Assembly: GCA_030704615.1 (NCBI GenBank)
Contig: CM060732.1
Coordinates: 434,001-498,000, forward strand
Length of the DNA stretch: 64,000 bases
DNA from: Takakia lepidozioides
Taxonomy: Eukaryota; Plantae; Bryophyta
Direction of reading: 5' to 3'
Shown: one piece after another, positions 11,545 through 24,393 of the stretch
How the letters are laid out: each line of letters begins with the position of its first letter
Position numbering within the stretch: the first letter of the stretch is position 1
Translations under genes and position numbers: made by a program
Notes under the pieces: generated by a model
The model's input: the letters and a program-made list of their open reading frames with translations, nothing else
Database searches by the model: none
Told to the model about the DNA's origin: nothing

Positions 11545-14500
11545 ACTGGGGTGCTTATGCATACAAAGTCATGCCCTTTGGACTTTGTAATGCACCAGCA
11601 ACCTTTCAGAGAGTAATAAGTGAATCTTTTCATGAGTATCTGGATGATTTCATGCAGGTGTTCTTGGATGATTTCAGTGTGTACAGCTCTAAGAATGAGC
11701 ACTTGCATAAATTGGAGTTATGTCTGGCCAGATGCAGGATGAGAGGTCTGGGCTTGAATCCAGAGAAGTGTACTTTCTGTGTGAACTCAGGGGTGCTTCT
11801 GGGACACATTGTGTGTAAGAAGGGACTTCTTGTTGATCCCAGGAAGACAAAGGCCATTAAAGCCTCTCCACCACCAGTGAATGTTAAGAATCTAAGGAGA
11901 TTCCTTGGGCAAACCAGTTATTACAGAAGATTTGTCAAAAGGTATGCACAAATAGCAGCACCATTGAGCAAGCTTCTGAAGAAAGACGCAGTGTGTGCCT
12001 GGACAGCTGAATGTCAACAGGCGTTTGAGGAACTTACACTGTCAGTAACAACTACACCTGTGCTGATTAACCCTCACTGGCATATTTCATGTTCACTGTG
12101 ATGCATCAGGAGAAGCGTTGGGAGCGGTGTTAGCCCAGAATGTTACAGGAAATATAGATTCACCTGTGTACTATGCTAGCAGGTTGATGAACAGTGCTGA
12201 AAGGAACTATAGCACAACGGAAAGAGAAGCATTGGCAATGATCTATGCAGTGAAGAAATTCAGGCATTACCTGTTGGGCAAGAAGTTTATGTTCTATGTG
12301 GATCACCAGGCTCTGATATACCTGGTAAACAAACCTCTGATAAGCGGAAGAATAGCAAGATGGTTGATAATCTTGCACGAGTTTGAGTTCGAGGTTGTTT
12401 ACAAGTCTGGGAGACTACATCTTGTGGCGGATCACTTGTCACGGTTATCGACAGGAGAACCAGCCACAGGAATAGATGATCAATTACCAGATGCGAGTCT
12501 ATTTGCAGTGGAGGTGCAGGGAAGTGCAGATGACTGGTTAGATTGGCAGTGGCCAATCAGATACTACCTTGCTCATGGTCAGTGCCCACCTAGTTATGGT
12601 AAGGAGCAGAGGAAGAGAATCGCTATCAAAGCTTTACCTTATACTATGGTAGGAGGCAGAATGTATAAGCTAGGACCTGATGGAGTACTAAAACGATGCT
12701 TGTACCACCAAGAAGTAAATAAAGTTTTGGAGGAAGTTCATAAAGGAGTGGCTGGAGGTCATTTTGGAGAAGAGAATACCAGTAGGAAGATACTACTCGC
12801 AGGTTACTGGTGGCCTACTTTGTTCAAAGATGTACACGAGTATTGTCAGAGTTGTGATGAATGTTAGAGGCTAGGACCTTTGCAGAGATCTGGAAGGATG
12901 GCCTTGCATCCTACAATGCCTACGGAACCATTTCAGAAATGGGGACTAGACTTTGTTGGACCGATAAACCCACCAGCCAAGAATACACGGAACAGGTACA
13001 TAATTATAGCCACTGATTATACTACGAAGTGGGTGGAAGCTAAAGCTTTGAGGGACAACACATCCAAGTCCACAGCAAGGTTCCTGTATGAGAACATACT
13101 TACACGATTTGGCTATCCCTTAGAATTTATCAGTGATCAGGGAAGTCACTTCATGAATGAGACCATTGAGTTGTTGACTAAAGAGTTCATGATTGTGCAT
13201 AGAAAGAGTACAACATATTACCCACAGGGTAATGGGCAGGCAGAGGCTACCAACAAAATACTATGTACTATCTTGGCTAAGATAGTCAATGCAAACAGAA
13301 CGGATTGGGATACAAAGCTGCTAACAGCTTTGTGGTCATACAAGACTTCATATAAAGTCACCACTAAGTATACACCATTCCAATTAGTTTATGGTATGGA
13401 AGCCTTACTTCCAGTGGAATTCCTGTTACCTACCATGAGAACGGAGTGGGGAAAGAGAATGGAATTGCAAGATTCCATTAAGGTCAGGAAACATGAATTA
13501 TACCATGTGGAAGAAGTACGTGCTGATGCAGCTGATAATATGACCAGAATTCAGATGAAGAGAAAGGAACAGTTTGATGAAGGCAAGTTAAAGACTTTTA
13601 AGACGGGGGATTTGGTTCTATGGTTGCAGAAGAAAGGAAAGATTAAAGCTTCTAAGCTTAAATCACCATGGAAAGGACCTTATGTCATACAAAAGATGTA
13701 TGATAACAACACCGCCATGTTACAAACCATTAACAAAGAAATGCTGGGAAGAGTCAATGCCAATAAGTTAAAGGGATACAGTGGTATCCATGACAAATCA
13801 TTGCAGCATGATTTGCATGTTGAAACGCAAGAGCAGTCACGGGCTGCACCAGTGTTACCAACGGAGTATGGAGCACTTGTCGCTAGGCCAAGCATATATG
13901 ACCAGGGCAGGCGGAACAAGCGTGACACAGCCTATCACAGCCCATCAAGGCGAAACACAGCCTATCACAGTCCATCAAGGCGAAACACAGCCTATCACAG
14001 CCCATCAAGGCGAATCACAGCCTATCACAGCCCATCAAGGCGAAACACAGCCTATCACAGCCCATCACAACGTGACACAGCCTATCACAACCTACCACCG
14101 CGTGTCACAGCCTATCACAGCTTACCACAGTGCATCACAGCCTATCACAGCGTACCACATTATGACACAGCCTGTCACAGCTCAACACAGCCTACTAGGA
14201 TTACACGATCCATAGAATCAGTGACAGGTGGACGCACAATAACTTCAGGAAAATGGCTGACGGAAGAAAAGACGGAAACCAGTTTAAAAATAGACACGTG
14301 GAAGTCAGGGCGCGACACATAGCTGAGAAGGAAGTGCAAGAACATGTGTCATCAAGAAAGAGGACAAGAATGGCCGTCAAAATACCTAATCAGCGCGTCA
14401 AATTGGATGAAAGGCGGGCCCATTAATAAATACGGAAAAAGGGGAATGGAACAAACGGAAAGTACAGAAAAGCGAAATTCTTGTCACATGTATGATCCTA

Positions 14501-17500
14501 GTGGACTATCCAGCAGGGAAAGTCCACTAAAGAAAATGAAATCTAAAATCCAGTCACAGCGGTTACAGCCAATAGAAAGCCAGAGAAAGGATCAAGAAAT
14601 TGGAGGGAAATTAAGCGCAAGAGGCGGCGTCGTTCTGAGTAACGGGCGTCTCGACGGGACAAACCATCAATGCTATAGCTTGGAAACTATGGAGGAACTA
14701 ATAGACTATACCCTCGCAATATTACTTACGCAGTGGCATAGACACGAAAGAACAGAGCGGAGCTTTTCTCTTGATCGATGCTTGCAAGCTCCACAGGCTT
14801 ACAAGAAATTACCCATAGCTTTTTGTGGCAACCATACGTTTATGCTTTGTGCACTACAGGCATTTCTGCAGTTGTTACAGCCAAAACATTTCTGTGGGTC
14901 TAAAATGAAGAGAGTGAGAGGAATGGAGGAAATCAGGGTGAAGAGCACCACAATTCTGCAGAAACAAACGATTGCTACCCCACAGGCGATACAGATACTG
15001 AAGGAGCTGAGATTGCAAGGATTGCAAAGCATAGATTGGACATTGCACCATAGACAGTACATGTTACAATTCTTGCAGAACTTTGAGCCAAGGACAGGAA
15101 CAACAACGGTGAAGGGAGTTGAATTAGTCATTACTCCCCTATACCTCCAACAATTGTTTTGATTGCCAGCAGGTCAGGTGCATGTGGAGGAGCACAGGGC
15201 AAGACTGCAAATAGGGGACTTATTCCAAGAAGGGAGTTTCTTTAAAACTCAGGGTTATGCTTGTACCAAGGCCGTGTACCCAGGGCTAAAGGAGGTAGGC
15301 CAGGTATTGAACGTTCTGATTGCCATGAAACAGAACCAACAGTATTTGAGCAGATCCTTCACGGAGGAAATACTCAAAGCCTTGAAAGGACAAGAGGTAG
15401 AATGGGCGGACATAATGTACAACGCACTGGTGGAGGAGATGAAAAGATTACAAGGTACTACCGCAAAGTCTCCTATCATAGTGTCTGGCCCAATCATTGC
15501 TCAAATAATTCTTGATTCTGGCATACTTGATGCGCAAGAAAGAAAGGAGATGGGAGTGTTTGAGCCAGAAACCACTGCAATGGAAGAGCAAGGCTCTTCA
15601 CACAGTGAGGGTGGACTAGCAGGGCAACCCGAGACTAAGAGGTAGAGACGGGGAAAGACTGTAGTGGCGGATCCACTGGCTTCACGGATTCCGCATGATA
15701 ATGTTTCCCAAGCTCATGTGCAGGAAGGGGCACAGCAGCACAAAGAACTGCTATTACTGGAAGCAGGACCTTCAGAGAGGGAAGAGGAAGTTACTTCAGT
15801 ATCACTGCCATCACAGCCAGCTGATCGGCTTGTCACAAGGTTACCACAAGTTGCCCATGAAGTGCCACCAGAAATAATTGATTTGGAAAAAGAAGGGTTA
15901 GATATTCCAACTACAGAACAGATAGTGGCAAAAAATTGAGAAGGGGGACCTTCTCTATGAATATTCTGGTCTGGTCAAGGAGACAGAGATTCCAGAGATG
16001 CAACAGTTGCCCAAGGAAAATCCTGAGGTGTATATAATACACACACTTGTGTCGGAGGTACCACAGGTAGAATGTCAAGACACTACAGCACCGGTGATGG
16101 ATGAAGTGGTTCAGGAAGAAAATCCGGTGGGACAATGGCCTGAGTGGTTCGTGAGACATCACACTATTGAGGATCAGGGGGAACAGCAGCAACCTCACCA
16201 TGATGACCCTCAATAGGCAATGCTGATGAGTTCCATAGGCAGGACACTTAATTTGTTGGGGACTTATGTCAATTCCCATGTTCCAACTACCCAATTGACA
16301 GCCTTGAGAGAGGAACTCAGGAAGGAGTTTGAGGCTCGACTAGCCACTGAGTGTGCAAACAAGGTCGATGAAGAGGTCATTCTCAAGATGCAGCAGGACT
16401 TGGAAAATACAGAAGCGGCTTTGCAATTGCCCAAGGAACAATTGATTGAGGCAGGCCTCGCGCAAGACCAGTTGCACGAAGCACATAAGCAACATCTATA
16501 CCAAATGCAGGTGCAGCATGAAAGCAAGTTGCAAGAAGTGAATGCACTACATACGGAGTTGCAGACAGTGCATGAAAGGATGGCAATACAATGTGCTACA
16601 TTCACAACTATGCTTGACCAATCTACAAAAGAAATAAACAGTCAAGCGGAAAAATGTACAAAGGCAGAAGCAGAGAATGTTGAGCAAATGAACCTCATTG
16701 TCGATATGAAGAATACAATCTGTCGCAATGAGGATACTTTCAAGCAATACAAGCAGATTGAAGATGATCAAGAGAAGTACATCCTGGAGTTGCAACAAAC
16801 GCTCGTGGCCAATAGAAATGAAATCTCGGTCACTAACAAGGCTTGGAAGGAAGCTAATAATCTACTTGCTGCCTATGCGAATTTGGTTGAACCTCATGCG
16901 AAGCGCATGGAGGCTTTACAACAGCAGTTAGAAGTGTACAAACTCAGAGAGGAGCAAACTCTCAGAGGAACCACAAGCAACTTGGTGGATAACAGCCTTA
17001 TGCAGGTCTGGTTAGCACAAGGGCTAGTGGAGGGCAAAGCACCACGAAAGCTCACCCAAAGCGAGATGAATGAGCTCAGACTGCAAGTGCAGAACATTGC
17101 CACAACTACTATAGACAATGTCTATAGTAGGATAGCAGAGTTACAGGAGGATGTAGATGGACTGCAGACTCAAGTGGAGGACCTCACTTCAAATATCGAC
17201 AAAAGAGTCTATATCCCTCAGGAACAGCTAATGGCTTCTTATTTACAAGCCAGAACTTTGGCTTTTCAGTCTTCACAGGAGGTGCAGGAGATGCCAATGA
17301 TACAAGAGCCAATACCACCAACACCACAACAAGTCACTGTACCAGTAGCTGAACCTGTTGTTACTACAACCACACCACAGCCACCATAGCCTGAGGTATG
17401 GGGCAATGCTGCTTTTAACCCACCTAAAACTCCAGCTGCAAGGGAGTACAGTAGGGCTATGATTATGCCCTTCAACCAAATTCCCATCATGTTGGATTTG

Positions 17501-17941
17501 GCTTGGAAAGAATTTAGTCCTCCGCAGTCATTCGCACATTACTACCAAATCATGCGTATTTGGCTGCCAGTGGCAACTAGGACTAAAGTTCTTCCGAACA
17601 ATCGACATATTGAGAATCATCACTTTGCACAATACTGGCATGAGGCAAGTACAATGTTGAAGGAATTAATTGCCTTCCAAGTTGTACATGGATTCATTTA
17701 TACCAAGACCAAGGAGGTAACAAGTATTGTCATGGGATGCGGGTTATACTACGCTGCTTGTTTTCTGGTACGTTATCACATTGAGCAGCACAAGATGCAA
17801 TCGCGCTTTCTGAGTTATTCCAGTGGGGATCATTGGGTCTTACCTTCAGTGCCACCTCATATGTACCTATATGAGGCAAAAATTATGATGCAAAAGGATT
17901 CTCAAATTCGTTCATGGTTTCAAGCGGCCTGGAACAATTTG
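11545..17941 (+). mobile_element. LTR-less internal fragment of the large non-chromoviral gypsy element (mid-RT to 3' extension)
   Basis: Highly similar to 37695-44090; abrupt junctions at both ends. Confidence 0.93.
11545..17941 (+). pseudogene. pol: RT (FLDD) - RNase H - integrase - long C-terminal extension; pseudogenised
   Basis: YKVMPFGLCNAPATFQR, VFLDD, NYSTTEREALA, WGLDFVGP, SDQG, GPY; six C>T nonsense changes relative to the second copy. Confidence 0.9.
13921..14190 (+). repeat. 30-bp coding tandem repeat (TAYHSPSRRN)n, 9 units
   Basis: ACAGCCTATCACAG-type core every 30 nt; homologous array at 40075-40370. Confidence 0.92.
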
Positions 17942-18507
17942 AGGTCCAAAGAACACTAAATAGATTGAAGGAACAATCCGGGCAGTCCATGCAACCCCCA
18001 TCTCCAACAATAGTTTGTTCCCATTAATGTGCATTCCACGCACACATTGCAAACAGGACAACAAGGACACACAACCATCCCATTTCAAATTTGGCCCCGA
18101 ATAAAACCAAAAGAAAACTTCATATCAAGTATCACAGTCATCAGAATCAGTCTCGACCTCATGTGCTATGTCATCCACAAAGATTCTGGCCCCAACACCA
18201 CGTCTTCTACCACGGCCGTCGATGGGTGGACTCTGAGTGCCATGAACGGTCATGCTTGTTGCGAGTGCCTCCGCATAGACAGGTAGCACGCAAGACCGAG
18301 GAGGATTGGAAAGAAGTCCAAATAGGTGTGATAGCCCTGGAGGGCAAGTGGAAGCACGCGGACTCCTGCACATGTTGACAAAAACCCATTCAGAACACAA
18401 TATGCAATACACAAGTCCAACGAAGAGGATGTCTGCCATGTGAACTTTGCCTCAAGAAGAGTGATTCTCGATATTGAAACAACAATGCAAGCATCCACAG
18501 GTTGAAC

Positions 18508-21500
18508 TTACTCACAGGCAAAGTCGGAGTCCAGCTCCTTGTCGGAAGTCTCCTCTGTATCAATATCAGCGGGACGGGGCTTCGGAAGGACTTGAGAAGT
18601 GTGTCCACCCAAACCCATCAGGAGGTTCTTGTAAATCTCAGCATCCCCTTCAATCCCAAAGAGATGTCGGGCACTGGCCTTGCAAGCGTGGTACGAAGCA
18701 CCTGCAGTGGAATAGAATGAAGGAAGCAGACATTGAAGACACATATGGAACGGTGGGAAGTACTGAAAGTGCAAGCTGAATCAAACCTCATGAAATCCGA
18801 ATGTTGAAGAGACGAACCTGTGCCCATTGACAAATCCAGAACTCTGGTGTCTGTGTAGGTGCAGCACTCCACAATCGTTTGAATGAAAGCCGGGCTCCTC
18901 TCCCTCGCCCCTCTCCAAGGAACCCCATTCCCCCTTCGCAAGCAGACGTTGCTGTCGACGTAGTTGTGGTGCATGTCATCCGTTGGAGGATCTGTCCTGT
19001 CGTCTATGAACTTGCCCCCATGAGTGATGGCAAACTCCAAAATGCCGGCCGGAGTCGTTGGTGGATGCACTCGGACGAGACAAACAGCTTCAAACAAACA
19101 AGTCTGCGAACAACACATCCAGAAGGAACTAAGAAGCTTCAAAAATCAGGCCCCCACATATGAGTTCGAGCAACCTACACAACTCCATCCGAGAACCACC
19201 AAGAAGAGGAAGAAGAAGGCAAATTTACCATCTCTCCTGGACGATCCCCCTTCGTAAGGTACATGTTGTTCACACAATTCCATGTCTTCAGGACTCTCAT
19301 GCCCGAGGCTTTCAAATAGCTGGCAAGTGCACGGCGACAGCGAACGTCGGCGGACTGTATGAGCACCAAAACACCTGCATCGGACAGGAAAAAATTGCAA
19401 AAGGAGAAAACCCACCGCCAGTAGCGCTCATCAAAAGCATTCCAACCCGGACAAGCACCCGACGGAGGGACATCCGGGACTGCCAACCCATCAGGGATGT
19501 CCAAGATTATGAGTTCGGCTGCATATTGCTTCTCCTTCCCGTTCACCCAGGATTTGGTCATTTTAGCCTGCAAACAAAATTACAATGGAATACTCAAGAG
19601 GATTGAAACGATCCATGCCCACTGCAGAGAAGAAGCAAAAGAGAACACGCACCATGCCGAGGAACTCTACAATCCTCTCCCACACTGGTGATGGCTCGCC
19701 CTTGTAATCAGATTTCTTGGACTCCATCATGGCAAGGAATCCGACGTTGGCCATCTCCAACCTGGTAGGGCAAATGACCCTCGTCGGATGTTCCACTGCA
19801 TGGTATGGGTCCTTGGGATCAACCACCCCCTTGTTCTTTCTCACGGATCCCCTACCATGTGGTGGAGTCTGCTGGACATGCACCACTGGGCCAATATCTG
19901 CAACACTTCCCTGCCCTTGTGCCACCTTCCCTCTACCCCTTCCTTTCCCCACAACACCAACAACATCTTTCCCCTTTGCCTTTCTACCTCTACCCGGGGT
20001 ATCCTGAGCAGGAGGCTCCTTCTCTGCAAGAGTCCTCAAATTTCGTTCATGAATGTCGAGGTCGGCTGCTGCGGCAGTGGCTGCAATTCGCTCATTCTCT
20101 CTCCTCAAAGACACCTCCGGAGCTGGGGTCTCAGAAGGAGGGCAATCCAAATACCAACCACAAGAAGAAAGATGGTCTGGGCCCCAGTCATGCAAGATCC
20201 CAGTAGTAAACATGGTCTGATTGCCAGCAGGGACAAGCCAGAGGTCCACGAAATCTGGATGTTTGTCCAAGCAATTCTCTTCCATGAGAACAAACTTTAT
20301 GTACCTGCAGGAACAAAGATAGCCTCATTATGCAATGCAATTATTGTCTCTCAGCTTTTCCATCACACTAGGAAGACCCCCTTAAACTGTATGCGTCACA
20401 GTACATTGCAACCACAGCACACTAAGTAGCCTGAACGGCCGAGGGTGTGCACCTGTAAAGGCATCGTTTCCAGGCTTCCTCTCCTTTTTCTTGCTGGTCA
20501 AGGTCATGTGTTCGACTGATGCCACCCTCCTTGCTGAACTCTCTAAAGAAACAAGAGTGCCACACTGTGGCTCTCCATTTCCTCATGTATGCTTCGAAGG
20601 AGACCTTCGGTGTTGTCATAGTGATGCCATAGTCAGCCAGCTGAGTATGCAGAACCGACCGTGCCCTTTCTTCCAACTGCAAAACAATTCAAATGCAAGA
20701 ATGAACCCAAAAAAAATCACAACGAATGTGAGAGGCAATGGAAAGAGAAGGACAGGAAAAGAGAAAAGAAAGTGACACAGGAAAGGACATCACACCTGGC
20801 TCCAATAAGTGGCCTTGTGAAGCCATGTGTCCAGCACATTGTCACTGACTGGAATGACACGCTGGGTCTTCTTCTCTTTCTCTGGCCTGGGGAACATGTG
20901 GATATCCGTAACTGTGGGATCAGAGTTCCATATCTGTAGCCACTTCACCTTCTGTTCCGAAGACACAACGGCGGTAGACAACTTGTGTAACTTCTCCTGG
21001 GCCATCTCTGGCTTGCCTGGCTTGTTATAATGGTTTTTTATCTCCAAGAGAAACTGTGATCCGAATGATGGGTCGGCAATTCTCAACTGCTTCACAAAAG
21101 CACTCATTATAGTCCTTCTTATAGCGGTCATCTCTTTTTGGATGTGAGTCTCAACCCCCTTTGTTGTCCTTCTCTCCTCAGGGGTTGACCTGTAGTATTC
21201 CAGTTTGCCACGCTCCCCTGCATCTGCAATGTCTTGCTGCAAGGGAATGCACGAGAGTTGCATCAACCCAAGGGCAAGGGAAACAAACAGAAACAAACAT
21301 GTGGAAGCAGGAATATGGAAAGGGCAGATGAAGGAAGATGTATCTCACCGTGTACATGTACTCCATGAAAGCCTCACGTGTCAACGAGTACCACGTTTCC
21401 GATGTCTTGGAGCTTTCGCACTTCTTGTACGTCTCTGCTGAAAGGATGGTCTTGAAGTTGGTCAAGGGCATCTGCCCGATCCTTTGTATCCTATACAGTG

Positions 21501-24393
21501 TGTGAACCAGACTCGTTTTGACATGCGATGTCTCCGTTCCTCTGCAGAATGATATCTGAAAGTCAGAATGAAATTCAAGGACTTTAATCAAAGAACCACG
21601 GAACTACAAGTGGAACATGTAGAATGAGAAACCAACCTGTTCACATCATTCATTGCCGTCAGAAGACCCATCATGTTCCCCTCACAATCCAGCACCATCG
21701 ATCGTACAGAGTAATGCCACTCTTCCTCCTGTGAGTGCAGCCTCCCAATAACAGCCATCCATGCAAGCAATCGGTGGTTCCCATCCCAAACGTGAAACAT
21801 CTTCCCGGAGAATGCCTGGGTGGAAGGTTTCCTGGAGAGAAGAAGTTCGAAGGATTCGTTCACCTGTCTCCAAATAGGATCCCAGGAGTCCACGATTGAC
21901 TCATCCACAAGGAGCTCATTGCCTGTGGAATCCTTTGTACAAACGTAAAACACTACGGATCCATCCAAATACCCATGAACAAACTCGGCCTCTAGCTTGA
22001 GAATGTCCTTGATGAGGGGTGGTCGAACGACGGGCATGGAAACCATCCTACACAGGGGAATCTTCAACCTCCCACCCGGGGCAAGCATACTTTGCACCAC
22101 AAGCTGAGAGTTTACCTTCTGACCCCCCAGCATCTCAGCGGCTTTGCTTTCATAGAACTCATCGTCAACATCAACAATGATATCCTTCCCCAGCCCCAAA
22201 GGGATCTCCTCCGCCACAGTTTGCATCTTCTCCTGCAGGGTTGTCCATTCAAATTGATATAAGAGTGAGGCATGAGACGATGGTGTTTGAGCATGGCAAA
22301 CAGGCCATGTGTGGAAGAAAAGGTGAGCTCAAACAGTGTACGTTGACGCACACTGTTTGAGCTGCCAGGTAAGTGATGATTGATCCTCGAATACAAACCC
22401 TATGTGGCCGATTTTCAAATGACAAATGCAATGACATGGTGAGCTCAAACAGTGTGCGTTGACGCACACTGTTTGAGCTGCCAGGTAAGTGATGATTGAT
22501 CCTCCAATACAAACCCTATGTGGCCGATTTTCAAATGACAAATGCAATGATATGGTGAGCTCAAACAGTGTGCGTTGACGCACACTGTTTGAGTTGCCAG
22601 GTAAGTGATGATTGAACCTCAAATACAAACCCTATGTGGCCGATTTTCAGATGACAAATGCAATGACATGGTGAGCTCAAACAGTGTGCGTTGACGCACA
22701 CTGTTTGAGCTTCCAGGTAAGTGATGATTGAACCTCAAATACAAACCCTATGTGGCCGATTTTCAGATGACAAATGCAATGATATGGTGAGCTCAAACAA
22801 TGTGCGTTGACGCACATTGTTTGAGCTGCCAGGTAAGTGATGATTGATCCTCAAATACAAACCCTATGTGGCCGATTTTCAGATGACAAATGCAATGATA
22901 TGGTGAGCTCAAACAGTGTGCGTTGACGCACACTGTTTGAGCTGCCAGGTAAGTGATGATTGATCCTCAAATACAAACCCTATGTGGCCGATTCTCAGAT
23001 GACAAATGCAAGGACATGGTGAGCTCAAACAGTGTGCGTTGACGCACACTGTTTGAGCTGCCAGGTAAGTGATGATTGATCCTCAAATACAAACCCTATG
23101 TGGCCGATTCTGAGATGACAAATGCAACGACATGGTGAGCTCAAACAGTGTGCGTTGACGCACACTGTTTGAGCTACCAGGTAAGTGATGATTGAACCTC
23201 TGAGACATGCCCTGTATTGCCGAATTTCACAAGGGAAAAACAGAGACAAGGTGTGCTCAAACAGTGTGTGGCAACGCACACTGTTTGAGCTGCCAGATAA
23301 GTGTTCATCGGTCCTCAGATACATGTCCTATGTGGCCGATTTTCAAATGAAAAAGGCAATGATAAGGGTAGCTCAAACAGTGTACGCCAACGCACACTGT
23401 TTGAGCTGCCAGGTAAGTGATGATTGATCCTCAAATTCATACCCTATGTGGCCGATTTTCAGATGACAAAGGCAATGACAATGTGAGCTCAAATAGTGTG
23501 CGTTGACGCACACTGTTTGAGCTGCCATGTAAGTGATGATTGATCCACAAATACATGCCGTTTGTGGCCATTTTTCAGATGAAAAAACAATGACAAGGTG
23601 GGCTCAAACAGTGTGCACCAACGCACACTGTTTGAGCTGCCAAATAGTGGAGAATTGAACCGGGCATAGTGGCCCTATTTGCCCGTTTTTCACACCATCA
23701 ACCAATTAAAATGCGGGGCTCAAACAGTGTGTGTCAACGCACACTGTTTCAGCATCCAATTCGTGGTGGATTTAACCTGCCGTAGTTCCCCAATTTGGCC
23801 GTTTCAGACATCAACAAGCCAGCAAAATGGAAGGCTCAAACAGTGTGCGTCGACGTACACTTTTTGAGCTTCTTGTTCGCGGTTGATGCAACCTGGCAGA
23901 GATGCCGTGTGTAGACTATGTTCATATCGAAATAGAATCTCAACTTGGGTTCACATCAGCAATGAAGCACAAAGGTGGGTTTCAAAGATTGTACCTTTTT
24001 TTTGGCTGCTCGAGAAGACTCCCCAATCGCCGGGGACCCTTTGCGCTTCGGACTGCTCTCCACGCCTCTCATGTTCTGGAGCATCTCCCCCATCCTCTCT
24101 TCCACTATTAGGTTCTTCGTGAGGCCAACATCAACATCATCTTCGGCGTCTGCCTCTCCCTCGGATGCAGTGTCCTCCTCATCTGTTCTTGGAACTATGG
24201 CAGGCTTCTGTTCTTCCCCGGTTTCCTGCTCTTCCATCGCCGGACTTTGCTCTTTGCCCTCGTCTTCCGCCTTTTCCTCTTCGGCCACTCTTTCCATCCT
24301 CATTCTATATCTGGCTCTATTCCTGTTTCTAGAGCTCGTGAAGTATAATGACTTCATTCTCTTCCTCCTCCGCTGGAAACAAGGGCTCCCCAC
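18508..24393 (-). CDS. Multi-exon ParB/Srx-like domain + beta-class amino (N4-C/N6-A) DNA methyltransferase-like protein, >1,100 aa
   Basis: Exons (minus strand): ~24393-23995, 22232-21637, 21541-21349, 21236-20796, 20676-20453, 20304-19653, 19567-19229, 19103-18818, 18701-~18508. All joins are GT-AG, frame-preserving and stop-free. Motifs: FHVWDGNHRLLA (21785-21771); ELIILDIPDG (19501-19490); FLSDAGVLVLI; RERSPAFIQTIV...RVLDLSMGTG|ASYHAC...RHLFGIEGD. The true start (possibly ~24975) and a possible last exon (~18367-18125) are uncertain. Confidence 0.8.
22322..23872. repeat. 116-bp tandem array (~14 units), each with the 38-bp palindrome AGCTCAAACAGTGTGCGT-TG-ACGCACACTGTTTGAGCT; intronic
   Basis: Unit starts at 22322, 22438, 22554, 22670, 22786, 22902, 23018, 23134, 23250... 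The array lies within the predicted intron 23994-22233. Confidence 0.95.

Noticed and set aside
18508-22232. Bacterial contamination as the source of the ParB/methyltransferase motifs
   Set aside because: The motifs are split by spliceosomal GT-AG introns (one within motif I) and embedded among plant-type transposons.
22322-23872. CRISPR-like appearance (palindromic repeat + regular spacers), also 48389-49358
   Set aside because: The spacers are homologous to each other and ~78 bp, there are no cas genes, and the context is eukaryotic and intronic; it is a tandem repeat.
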